A stretch of DNA of 64,000 nucleotides from IMG/VR virus record IMGVR_UViG_3300020473_002200, positions 32,001 through 96,000 of that record, one strand, 5' to 3'. This stretch comes from a virus. Position numbers and translations under genes: made by a program. Shown here in pieces: positions 32,034-41,065 of the stretch; positions within the stretch are counted from its first letter, which is position 1, and every line of letters starts with the position of its first letter. The notes under the pieces are model-generated. The model saw nothing but the letters and a program-made list of their open reading frames with translations, had not been told where the DNA came from and ran no database searches.

Positions 32034-33635
32034 ATGCCACCTTCCACCAAGCAGCGGCAAGTCAAAGAAATAATCAAGTGCGGAAAAGATCCAGTTTACT
32101 TTTTTAATAAGTATGTGAAAATACAGCACGCCACAAAAGGCACTTTGCCTTTCAACACTTATGGTTTCCAGGATGAATGTGTTAAGGATTTTAATGACAA
32201 CCGCTTTAACGTCATTGTAAAAAGTAGACAGCTCGGACTCTCTACGCTAGTTGCTGCTTATGCTGTTTGGTTAACTATTTTTTATAAAGATAAAAATGTT
32301 TTAGTAATTGCAACTAAGCTAGCTGTGGCTCAAAACTTTATTAGAAAAGTTAAGTTTGCCATCCGATCTCTTCCTTCCTGGCTATTAATGCCAGAAATTA
32401 TATCTAATAATAAGCAGTCTTTAGAATTCTCAAATGGCTCTATCGTAAAGGCTGTTCCTACGTCTGAGGACGCAGGCCGTTCTGAGGCTCTATCATTATT
32501 GATTGTAGATGAGGCTGCGTTTGTTAGAAATTTTGATGATCTTTGGATGGGTCTATATCCTACACTTTCAACTGGTGGTCGTGCGATTATATTATCTACG
32601 CCGAATGGTGTAGGTGGACAATACTACGATATATATACTCAGGCTGAATCTGGAGATAACGATTTCCATCCGATAAAGCTTCCATGGGATGTTCACCCAG
32701 AGCGCGATGATGAATGGTTTGATAAAGAAACAAAAAATATGACCAAGCGGCAAATAGCGCAAGAGCTACTTTGCGATTTTCAATCATCTGGTGAAACGTT
32801 CATAACGCAAAAAGATATTGAGTTTTTAATGATGTCAATTAGGAACCCCGTTGAGCGATGGGGCCCTAACAATGGCGTGTGGGTCTGGAAATATTCTGTA
32901 CCTGGTAATAAATACGTAATAAGTGCAGATGTCGCTCGTGGCGATGGTGGTGACTTTTCTACATTCCACGTTATTGATACTAACGAGTCTGAAGTTGTTT
33001 GCGAATTTAAGGGCAAAACACCTCCCGACCAATTTGCGATTGTTTTAATGGAGGCCAGCAAAAGATATAATAACGCTACAATTTGTCCTGAAAGCAATAC
33101 ATACGGTTATGCTGTTTTAATGAAGTTAAAGGAATTAAAGTGTCAAGAAATTTATTTTGAAAAAGACAAAGATAGAATTTCTGCTCTTTATGGTGATGGT
33201 TCAATTTCAAAAGCGGGGTTTTCTACTCAAGGGCCATCAAGATCGAAGATACTAACAAAACTTGAGGAAGTAATAAGGAATAAACAGATTAAGGTATATT
33301 CTTCTAGATTTTATGAAGAAATGAAAACATTTATATGGAAAGGTTCAAAACCCCAGGCTATGAGGGGTAAAAATGATGATCTTGTAATATCTTTGGCCAT
33401 TGGCATATGGTTATATGATACATCTAATTTTCATTCTAAAAGCTCTGCCGATGTTAATAAAGCGATGCTAGCAGGATTTGGATCTGAATCAAATTCATTT
33501 GCTGGTTCTGTAGGCTCTTCTTTTGGTAATGAATACTTAAATAATGTTTTGAACACTCAACGCGCTGTCCCTTATGATAAGGTATCGCGATTTATGTCAG
33601 GAAGCATAGACACAGAGTTTAAATGGTTATATTAA
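32034..33635 (+). CDS. terL: Terminase large subunit (T4 gp17-like)
   Basis: YFFNKYVKIQH, KSRQLGLST Walker A, LLIVDEAAF Walker B, ILSTPNG, ISADVARG and KNDDLV nuclease motifs. Confidence 0.95.
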   Translation: MPPSTKQRQVKEIIKCGKDPVYFFNKYVKIQHATKGTLPFNTYGFQDECVKDFNDNRFNVIVKSRQLGLSTLVAAYAVWLTIFYKDKNVLVIATKLAVAQNFIRKVKFAIRSLPSWLLMPEIISNNKQSLEFSNGSIVKAVPTSEDAGRSEALSLLIVDEAAFVRNFDDLWMGLYPTLSTGGRAIILSTPNGVGGQYYDIYTQAESGDNDFHPIKLPWDVHPERDDEWFDKETKNMTKRQIAQELLCDFQSSGETFITQKDIEFLMMSIRNPVERWGPNNGVWVWKYSVPGNKYVISADVARGDGGDFSTFHVIDTNESEVVCEFKGKTPPDQFAIVLMEASKRYNNATICPESNTYGYAVLMKLKELKCQEIYFEKDKDRISALYGDGSISKAGFSTQGPSRSKILTKLEEVIRNKQIKVYSSRFYEEMKTFIWKGSKPQAMRGKNDDLVISLAIGIWLYDTSNFHSKSSADVNKAMLAGFGSESNSFAGSVGSSFGNEYLNNVLNTQRAVPYDKVSRFMSGSIDTEFKWLY

Positions 33636-33682
33636 ATTTTAAAGAAAGCGATAATTTTAATATTATAGCATAGAGTGAGGAT

Positions 33683-35614
33683 ATGGCAGAAAAAGAAAAA
33701 AATTTATTTCAAAAATTAACTAGGTTATTTAGAACCGGTCCTGTTGTTAAGCGAAAAATAAAGACGTCTGCAACGGGCGGCTCAAAGTCTTCTGCTGCGC
33801 AACTTTTTAAGCGTGCGCATAGTGATATTTATAATAGCACATTAAGCGCATACGGTTCTTTTGATCGTATGGCTAGATATAGTGATTTTAGTGAGATGGA
33901 GGCTACTCCAGAACTCGCATCAGCATTAGACATTTATTCTGAAGAGACTGTTTCCCCTGATGAGCATGGTAGGGTATTGCATATATACTCTGATGATCCC
34001 CAAAAGCAAGAGTTGTTGAGCACTTTATTTCATGATACCATAAACGTTGAATTTAATCTTGTTATGTGGATCAGGAATTTAGTCAAATATGGCGATTTCT
34101 TTTTATTCAATGATGTTCATCCTGAGTATGGCATTATTAATACCTACCCGATCCCAATAACAGAAATTGAGCGTGAAGAGGGTTTCGATCCTGAGAACCC
34201 CGCAGCTGTTAGGTTCCGCTGGATAACACAGGGAAACGCTATATTGGAAAACTGGCAAGTTAGCCATTTCCGTCTTTTGGCAAATGACGCATTTTTACCA
34301 TACGGTACATCTGTTCTAGAATCTGCGCGTAGAATTTGGCGACAATTAATCCTTATAGAGGATGCGATGCTTGTTTATAGAATAATACGGGCTCCCGAAA
34401 GACGTGTTTTTTATATTGACGTAGGTAATGTACCCCCCGAGGATGTTTCGAATTATGTGGAGCAGGCAAAAGCCGCGTTAAAAAAGAGTACCGTCACCGC
34501 CAGCTCGACCGGTCAAGCAGATCTAAGGTATAACCCGATGGCAGTCGATGAAGATTATTATATTCCCGTCCGCGGTGGTGATAGTGGCACTCGAATTGAT
34601 ACATTGGCTGGTGGTCAAAATGCAACAGCTATAGAAGATGTAGAGTATATACAAAAGAAACTATTCGCAGCGCTTAAAATTCCAAAAGCGTATTTGGGTT
34701 ATGATGAAGACATTGGCGCCAAGGCGACTTTGGCTCAAGAAGACATTAGATTTTCTAGAACGATACAAAGGATTCAAAAAACAGTTATATCCGAACTTAA
34801 CAAGTTAGCGATGGTCCATCTATATTCTCATGGGTTTGACGGAGAAGATCTTTTAGATTTTGAATTGAGGCTCTCAAACCCATCATCAGTTGCTCAGCTT
34901 CAAAAGCTTGAACTAATTAGCACTCGGTTTGATATCGCCGGTAAAGTACCCGAGGGTATGCTCGACAAAACTTGGGTTCGTAAAAATGTTCTCGGGCTTA
35001 CTGACGATCAAATCGAAGGTGTTCTTGAGGGTCTTAAGAAAGACAAGCAAGATGACGCTGATCTTGAAGGCGGCGGTGATGCTGGTGGCGATGATGCTGG
35101 TGGCGATGATGATGAGGGAGGTCTTTTCGCCGTTGATCAAGGTGACGACAGTAAGCTTATGACAGCGCTACCCGTAACAGCGTCTACGGAGAGGTCACAA
35201 TTTTTAGAAGCTGATGAAGATGAAGATGAAGATGATTTACTCTTGTCTTTAGACGACGAAGATGCGCCCTTAAAGGCCCAAGAAAAAATGAAAAATGTCT
35301 GGGGCGGAGAAATTAAGCAAAGAAAAGATAAAAAAACATCTGCGTCAAGTGATATGCCAAATTTTGGTAATATGACGATGAATAAACGAAGCCAAGACTC
35401 AATGCGTCAACCATATAATAGAAGGCAATTAAATTCCTTCGAAGCATTTGAGAGAGATTTAGATAAAAAAGCATCTACCGGCCCAGTTATGTCACCTGAT
35501 ATTTTAAACATTTTAAGAAATATCGACAAATCTGGACTACTTAGTAATAAAAAGTTAGTTTTAAATGAGTTAAGCGACTCAAGTGAGCCTGAAAGTAATG
35601 AAGGTTCGAGTTAA
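33683..35614 (+). CDS. Portal protein (T4 gp20-like) with long acidic C-terminal tail
   Basis: LIEDAMLVYRIIRAPERRVFYIDVGN, EDYYIPVRGG...TRIDTLAGG, KKLFAALKIP signatures. Confidence 0.93.
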   Translation: MAEKEKNLFQKLTRLFRTGPVVKRKIKTSATGGSKSSAAQLFKRAHSDIYNSTLSAYGSFDRMARYSDFSEMEATPELASALDIYSEETVSPDEHGRVLHIYSDDPQKQELLSTLFHDTINVEFNLVMWIRNLVKYGDFFLFNDVHPEYGIINTYPIPITEIEREEGFDPENPAAVRFRWITQGNAILENWQVSHFRLLANDAFLPYGTSVLESARRIWRQLILIEDAMLVYRIIRAPERRVFYIDVGNVPPEDVSNYVEQAKAALKKSTVTASSTGQADLRYNPMAVDEDYYIPVRGGDSGTRIDTLAGGQNATAIEDVEYIQKKLFAALKIPKAYLGYDEDIGAKATLAQEDIRFSRTIQRIQKTVISELNKLAMVHLYSHGFDGEDLLDFELRLSNPSSVAQLQKLELISTRFDIAGKVPEGMLDKTWVRKNVLGLTDDQIEGVLEGLKKDKQDDADLEGGGDAGGDDAGGDDDEGGLFAVDQGDDSKLMTALPVTASTERSQFLEADEDEDEDDLLLSLDDEDAPLKAQEKMKNVWGGEIKQRKDKKTSASSDMPNFGNMTMNKRSQDSMRQPYNRRQLNSFEAFERDLDKKASTGPVMSPDILNILRNIDKSGLLSNKKLVLNELSDSSEPESNEGSS

Positions 35615-35633
35615 ATTTGACGAAGGGAATACA

Positions 35634-36467
35634 ATGCCAAAGAGCCACAACAAGAAAAGAAACGTCGGTATTATTTTTGAGCAGCTAGTGAGATATGCTT
35701 CATTAGCGATAATAGAAAATAACCAAGATAAAGCTGCGAAGGTTCTTAAAATAACCAACAAATATTTTAAGCCAGGAACAGAGCTGTATAGGGAGTATCG
35801 TTTATTTAACGCCCTATATAGTACAACAATGCCATCTGAGAGTTTGGCAACTAGGATTATTGGTGAAGCAAAAGAGGCTGCTAAGTCATTCGATGCAGCT
35901 AAACTTTACAAAGAAAAATCTTCTTTGATTCACGAAATAAATTACGCCTTTAATGATCCAAAATTTTATTCCCAAAGGGTGTCAAGCTATAAAACGCTAG
36001 CCACCATTCAAAGACTTTTAGAAAGCTGGCGTTCAAATGAACCCGATATTGATTCTCAAGCGATTTATGAGGCAAAGCTACATAACTGGTTAGTGCAAGA
36101 GAAAAAAGTTGCAAATATCTCAGAGCTAAAGACGGAGGATGTAAATAATCTAACTGTCAATATTATGACTAAAAAGTTTAATGAAGCATTTACTGATGAG
36201 CTATTACCTGAGCAAGCCAGCTTATTACGAGACTATGTTTTCTCAATGGACAAAAAAGATAAGATCGCTAAGATTTTTGAGGGTAGAAAAAGAAATTGTC
36301 TTAGTGAGCTTAAATCATATTCTTTGACTTGTGATAGTGAAGTTGTTAAGTCCAAGGTCGCTTTAGTCAGAGAGAAAATTGAAAGTTTGCCAATAGAAAA
36401 TATTAATGATGATGTTGTTTCACGTTATTTAACGGTTATGAAACTAAGTAATGAGTTAAGGAGCTAA
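35634..36467 (+). CDS. Conserved head-module protein between portal and protease
   Basis: Track ORF 35583..36467; AAGGG RBS favours the ATG at 35634 (MPKSHNKKRNVGIIFEQLVR); alpha-helical composition. Confidence 0.65.
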   Translation: MPKSHNKKRNVGIIFEQLVRYASLAIIENNQDKAAKVLKITNKYFKPGTELYREYRLFNALYSTTMPSESLATRIIGEAKEAAKSFDAAKLYKEKSSLIHEINYAFNDPKFYSQRVSSYKTLATIQRLLESWRSNEPDIDSQAIYEAKLHNWLVQEKKVANISELKTEDVNNLTVNIMTKKFNEAFTDELLPEQASLLRDYVFSMDKKDKIAKIFEGRKRNCLSELKSYSLTCDSEVVKSKVALVREKIESLPIENINDDVVSRYLTVMKLSNELRS

Positions 36468-36469
36468 AA

Positions 36470-37078
36470 ATGAGTAGAAAGCTACTGACAAATTGGTCAC
36501 AATTTGAATATTCACCTGAAATGGTGAATGAATCAAGATTAGAGAACGACGGTAAGGTTATCTTAAAAGGGGTATTGCAAAAGTCAGGAACCTTAAACCA
36601 AAATGGCCGTGTGTATCCTAAGCCAATCTTGGAAAGAGAAGTTAGGAACTATCAAAAGTTTATTCAGGAAAACAGAGCGCTTGGTGAATGCGATCACCCA
36701 GATAGCAGTGTTGTTGAGCTCAAGAACGTTTCTCACATTGTTCGTGAAGCCTATATGGACGGCGACGTCTGCTATGGAAGCGTAGAATTACTTGATACAC
36801 CAGCAGGTAAGATTCTTCAAAGTTTAGTAGAATCAGGTGTAACATTAGGTATTTCGTCTCGAGGCGTTGGCTCAACAAAGCGAAGTGGTGATCACCAAGT
36901 TGTTCAAGATGATTTTCAATTAATCTGTTGGGACTTTGTTTCTGAACCATCAACCCCTGGTGCTTTTATGATGAATGAAGGTAAGGAAATAAATGAAGCT
37001 GAGCTAAACACATTCTTTAACAAGTCTGACAGAATTGATAGAGTTTTTAACGACATCTTATCTTGGGAGGAAGAATAA
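36470..37078 (+). CDS. Prohead core protease (T4 gp21-like)
   Basis: NQNGRVYP, ALGECDHP, VSH, LGISSRGVGS, DFVSEPSTPGA motifs. Confidence 0.93.
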   Translation: MSRKLLTNWSQFEYSPEMVNESRLENDGKVILKGVLQKSGTLNQNGRVYPKPILEREVRNYQKFIQENRALGECDHPDSSVVELKNVSHIVREAYMDGDVCYGSVELLDTPAGKILQSLVESGVTLGISSRGVGSTKRSGDHQVVQDDFQLICWDFVSEPSTPGAFMMNEGKEINEAELNTFFNKSDRIDRVFNDILSWEEE

Positions 37079-37560
37079 TGCCATTAGATAATCCAAGGTC
37101 CGGCGGCCCAAATCACGTCGCAGAATATCAGCTTAGTAGTATTCCTTACGCTAGGCAAGGTACTGTTGCTAATTTATGTGGAGCTGCAATTGCGGTTAAT
37201 GTTGATCCACGCGAAGGTCAAACAACCAATGCAAATATGAGGGCTTTTACATTCCCCCGCGTGACTCGATGGATTTATATTGCAAACGGCGCCGGTGGTA
37301 CTCTAAGAGTCCATTTTTCTGAGTTATCCGCCGCGGCTGATGGTCATGCCGATATTGGCGGCGCTGTTGTTAATACCGCACATAAGGCTATCGTAATAGC
37401 AGCTAGTTCTAATACTATCGTTAGGTTACCATTAAGGGTTTCAAAAATTTACTTTCCAGATGGCGATAATGGTAGATCAATCCAGATTATTGCTGGTTTA
37501 ACAACTGTTGGAACTTCAGATTTTACTGGTCACATAGAACATTTTACGGATAATAATTGA
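37078..37560 (+). CDS. Probable head structural protein (beta-rich)
   Basis: GGAGG RBS and TAATG overlap with the protease stop favour the ATG at 37078; HVAEYQLSSIPY...FTFPRVTRWIYI. Confidence 0.6.
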   Translation: MPLDNPRSGGPNHVAEYQLSSIPYARQGTVANLCGAAIAVNVDPREGQTTNANMRAFTFPRVTRWIYIANGAGGTLRVHFSELSAAADGHADIGGAVVNTAHKAIVIAASSNTIVRLPLRVSKIYFPDGDNGRSIQIIAGLTTVGTSDFTGHIEHFTDNN

Positions 37561-37561
37561 T

Positions 37562-37969
37562 ATGGCTAAAGTAAGTAGGGCAGTTTTAAAGAGTTTAGTT
37601 AAAGAGTGTCTTGTAGAGATTCTTAGTGAAGGTCTTGTCGGCGCTAGCGAGCAAATTCAAGAATCAAAGCAGATTTCATCTAGAAGAACAGCGCCAGCCA
37701 AGAAAAGAAAGCCAGTAAAAAAGGACGTTATCCCTGAAACTGTTAAGGGGATAACAGATGATCCTTTAATGCAGTCAATTTTTGCTGATACTGCTAGAAC
37801 AACGTTACAAGAACAAACAAACGCCGAAAGAAACCCTAGGGTGATTGCTGGCGACACAATTTCCACATCCGTAGCCCAGGAGGATCTTGGAGATCTTTTT
37901 GGAGAAGCTGCAAACAATTGGGCAAGTTTAGCGTTTTCTGAAAAGAAACTGCCCGGGCAGCATAAATAA
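37562..37969 (+). CDS. Small head-module protein with N-terminal LKSLVKE helix
   Basis: Track ORF, 1 nt after the upstream stop. Confidence 0.65.
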   Translation: MAKVSRAVLKSLVKECLVEILSEGLVGASEQIQESKQISSRRTAPAKKRKPVKKDVIPETVKGITDDPLMQSIFADTARTTLQEQTNAERNPRVIAGDTISTSVAQEDLGDLFGEAANNWASLAFSEKKLPGQHK

Positions 37970-37999
37970 TATTATAGACTATTTTATTTGGAGCACATT

Positions 38000-38269
38000 A
38001 TGAAAAAGTCGGTTAAGTTAACTCCTAGAATTCTTAGAAGAATGATTCAAGAAGAAAAAAGAAGATCTGTTTTTGAAACCCTAGAGCAGGGGAATGAAGA
38101 TCCTGAAAAAGTTGATGCTGAAGAGGTTGAGGCTGGTGATTTAGCAACTGCGCTAGAAAAGGATTTAGATCATCTTAAGGCATTGAAGATTCAAGAAGCC
38201 AAGGCACGAAGAAGGCTAAAGAGAATCATAGAGAGTAAAAAAGTTCTGTTAAGAAAACTTTCTAAATAA
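38000..38269 (+). CDS. Small head-module protein (KLTPRILRRMIQEE)
   Basis: Track ORF 37988..38269; GGAG RBS favours the ATG at 38000. Confidence 0.65.
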   Translation: MKKSVKLTPRILRRMIQEEKRRSVFETLEQGNEDPEKVDAEEVEAGDLATALEKDLDHLKALKIQEAKARRRLKRIIESKKVLLRKLSK

Positions 38270-38278
38270 GGAGAAAAA

Positions 38279-38755
38279 ATGCCAACTCATAGACAAAATG
38301 TCGTTGAGGCTAAGGGTGGACCAAGTTCACGTGCACTCGGCGCTAGAGATGATAAAAGTATCCGGGCTTCCTTTCCAGGTTGCCCAACTTTCGAAATGAA
38401 AGATGATGATGTAAGGGCTCAATTTCAAGAGCTTGTACTAGATGGAAATGTAAACGACGAAGGCCATACCTTCGGACAAATGGATAGAGACTATACTGAC
38501 GCTCCAAACATGGAAGAAGTCGAGACAGGCGGTGGCGGTTTACCGGCTAGCCCTTGGGTTCCTAATCCTGTATCACCAGGCGAAGGCTCTGCAGACCCAA
38601 GTGATCAAGCAGATCCACCTGAAGGCTTCGGTCAAACGCCTTCTTCAACTCCTTTTGTTGGAGTAGGTGCTGTTGAAAGTCCAAAAGGCACTTCCGAACG
38701 CGCAGGACGTCATACATTAGGTGACTATAAACTCGGTAAAGGCGTCGGCAACTAA
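38279..38755 (+). CDS. Pro/Gly-rich hypothetical head-module protein
   Basis: TAAGGAG RBS; track ORF. Confidence 0.7.
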   Translation: MPTHRQNVVEAKGGPSSRALGARDDKSIRASFPGCPTFEMKDDDVRAQFQELVLDGNVNDEGHTFGQMDRDYTDAPNMEEVETGGGGLPASPWVPNPVSPGEGSADPSDQADPPEGFGQTPSSTPFVGVGAVESPKGTSERAGRHTLGDYKLGKGVGN

Positions 38756-38758
38756 GCG

Positions 38759-39304
38759 ATGACCCAACCTGCCTCACTTGGCAATTTAGCACATGGTTCC
38801 CGCCCGGATGATCGGGCGGGACTTGGTTATGGCCAATCAAATCCTAGATTCCACAAAGACCGGCAAGCAGTTAATTCATTTCCCTATAAAGAGGAAGATG
38901 AGCATGAGGACGAGGATATATCTGATATCCCAATAGAGTTACAAGATAAATTAAGAAAAGTTGTTAGTGGCTATCTTGCGAGCGACTACCTTGCAGTGAA
39001 GGGTACTGATCCTTTTTATTACGCTGCGGGCAACACAAGGTTTCATGAAGCTGTTGGAACAAGTATCGCTCCAATGCCTGGAATGTATAAAAAAAGAACG
39101 CAGGTTGGAGGCGGTGTTAATTCTCCCAAAGCATTTTCTCCTGGCAGTTTACAGCAGACGGGTAGCACAATAGGATATAGTCATCCGCACGTTTCAATCG
39201 GTGCAGACAGAGACATTCATCACTCTGATATTGATCAAGAAGATGAAGAGCTACCATTAAAGAGAGTTAGAATGGTAATTAGAAAAATGCTGGAAGATGA
39301 ATAA
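38759..39304 (+). CDS. Hypothetical head-module protein
   Basis: Track ORF, 3 nt after the upstream stop. Confidence 0.65.
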   Translation: MTQPASLGNLAHGSRPDDRAGLGYGQSNPRFHKDRQAVNSFPYKEEDEHEDEDISDIPIELQDKLRKVVSGYLASDYLAVKGTDPFYYAAGNTRFHEAVGTSIAPMPGMYKKRTQVGGGVNSPKAFSPGSLQQTGSTIGYSHPHVSIGADRDIHHSDIDQEDEELPLKRVRMVIRKMLEDE

Positions 39305-39392
39305 TTTCATTTTTTTTAAGTAAAATAATTGAGAAATGGTAAATTTAACTTTCTAATCGATATTTACCATTTAGCAGACCATAGGTGGTGTT

Positions 39393-41033
39393 ATGACAAG
39401 TAATCTATATGAACAAGCAATCGCTGAAGCAAAGCAGCTTAAAGAGATGGCGGAACAAAACGCTAAAAATAAAATTATAGAGGCGGTAACTCCTCGAATT
39501 AAGGCTTTGATTGAAGCGCAAATATTAGGCGAACAAGATGATGTCGCCGATGATGAGATGTCTGGTGTAGATATTGCGATGATGACTGATGACGAAGAGT
39601 CTGAAGACGTTGTTGATGACACCCCTGAAGAAGAGGTCCTCGATCTTGTAGATCTAGGTTCTCTTCCTGAAGACGAATTACTGGAACCCCCCGCACTGGA
39701 AGACGAGATGTCTGATGAAGTCGAACACGAAATCGAGAATACATCTGTAACAGTAAATGCGCAGGGAGACGTTAATATTTCCGTTGCTGAAGGTCGCGGT
39801 CGGAACCGCGTTTTGAGCAAGAACACTCGTTCAACCACACTGTCGGGCAAAGTAAATCTCACAGAAAATTGTAATTCTGTAAGACGCCAGGCGAAAAGGA
39901 TGGATGCGATGCTTCAAGGCCTCCAGTTCAATAAGCTAAATGAAATGCAACGGACACTGATAAAAAAAGCATATCAGGAATTGCTTTCTGAAGCTTTGTT
40001 GATTAAGAGGCTGCTCCTTCAAGAGGGAGCAAACAACAAACTAACTACTTCTTATAAAGACATGATAAAGGAGATTAAGAAAATGACTAGAAGAAGCAGT
40101 GCCATCTTTCGCCGACTATTTGAGATTGACGAAATGGCAGATGAAATGAGAGAAGAAGATGAAGAACTCGCCGGTGAGGAAGAGATGGCAGATGAGATGG
40201 GCGACGAAGACGTAGGTGGCGAAGCCGACGTTGACGTTGATGCAGCTTCATCAGCTCTTGAGGATCTCGGTGTTGCTCTCGGACTAGACGTTGAAGTCGG
40301 TGCCGAAGAGGGTGGCGAGGAAGAAATGGACGATGAGATGAGTGATGAAGAGGAAGAGGAAATCGACCTTGGAGAAATCCACTTAGGCGAAGCCGACGAA
40401 GAAGATGAAGAAGATGAAGGCGCTCAAGACGAGGTTTACGAAATTGATGAGAATATTCTCCGTCGTGAAATCCGTCGCCTCCGTAGACTTCGTGAGTCCG
40501 AAGGCGTAGACGCTGCAGTGCTTGATGATTTTGGCGGTGGTGATGATGAAGGTGATGCTTTCGTCGACGTCGACGAAGATGATCTTATTAACGCGCTTGC
40601 TGATGAACTCGGTTCTGTACCTAAGGTCGCATCCGAGTCACGTCGTCGTAGATTTGCATCACGTCGTTCAAATCGTCGTGCAGCAAAATTGCAAACAGAA
40701 AACAAGAAGTTGCGTAAGCAGCTTTCAGAAATGAATTTATTTAACGCTAAGCTTTTATATGTGAATAAACTGATGCAGAATCGTAATGTGACACAGAAGC
40801 AGCAGCGTGCCATTGTCGAGGCTCTTGATAATGCCAAGACTATTCGTGAAGCTAAGTTCCTATATCAGGGACTTGCTAAGTCTCTCGTTAAGAAAGGTAA
40901 CAGAATTAACGAGTCAACCAATCGTCAGAGATTGTTGTCATCCGCTAGTAAGCCAACTCGCCGCGGTTCCGCCGCTCTTAATGAGGACGCAGTAGCATCA
41001 CGATGGGCAACATTGGCTGGCATCAAGAGATAA
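39393..41033 (+). CDS. Prohead core scaffold protein (T4 gp22-like role)
   Basis: Directly upstream of the MCP; very acidic; C-terminal coiled coil EMNLFNAKLLYVNKL...KQQRAIVEALDNAKTIREAK; terminal RWATLAGI. Confidence 0.8.
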   Translation: MTSNLYEQAIAEAKQLKEMAEQNAKNKIIEAVTPRIKALIEAQILGEQDDVADDEMSGVDIAMMTDDEESEDVVDDTPEEEVLDLVDLGSLPEDELLEPPALEDEMSDEVEHEIENTSVTVNAQGDVNISVAEGRGRNRVLSKNTRSTTLSGKVNLTENCNSVRRQAKRMDAMLQGLQFNKLNEMQRTLIKKAYQELLSEALLIKRLLLQEGANNKLTTSYKDMIKEIKKMTRRSSAIFRRLFEIDEMADEMREEDEELAGEEEMADEMGDEDVGGEADVDVDAASSALEDLGVALGLDVEVGAEEGGEEEMDDEMSDEEEEEIDLGEIHLGEADEEDEEDEGAQDEVYEIDENILRREIRRLRRLRESEGVDAAVLDDFGGGDDEGDAFVDVDEDDLINALADELGSVPKVASESRRRRFASRRSNRRAAKLQTENKKLRKQLSEMNLFNAKLLYVNKLMQNRNVTQKQQRAIVEALDNAKTIREAKFLYQGLAKSLVKKGNRINESTNRQRLLSSASKPTRRGSAALNEDAVASRWATLAGIKR

Positions 41034-41065
41034 CAACTTATTTAATATAAAAGGAGAAAAATAAA

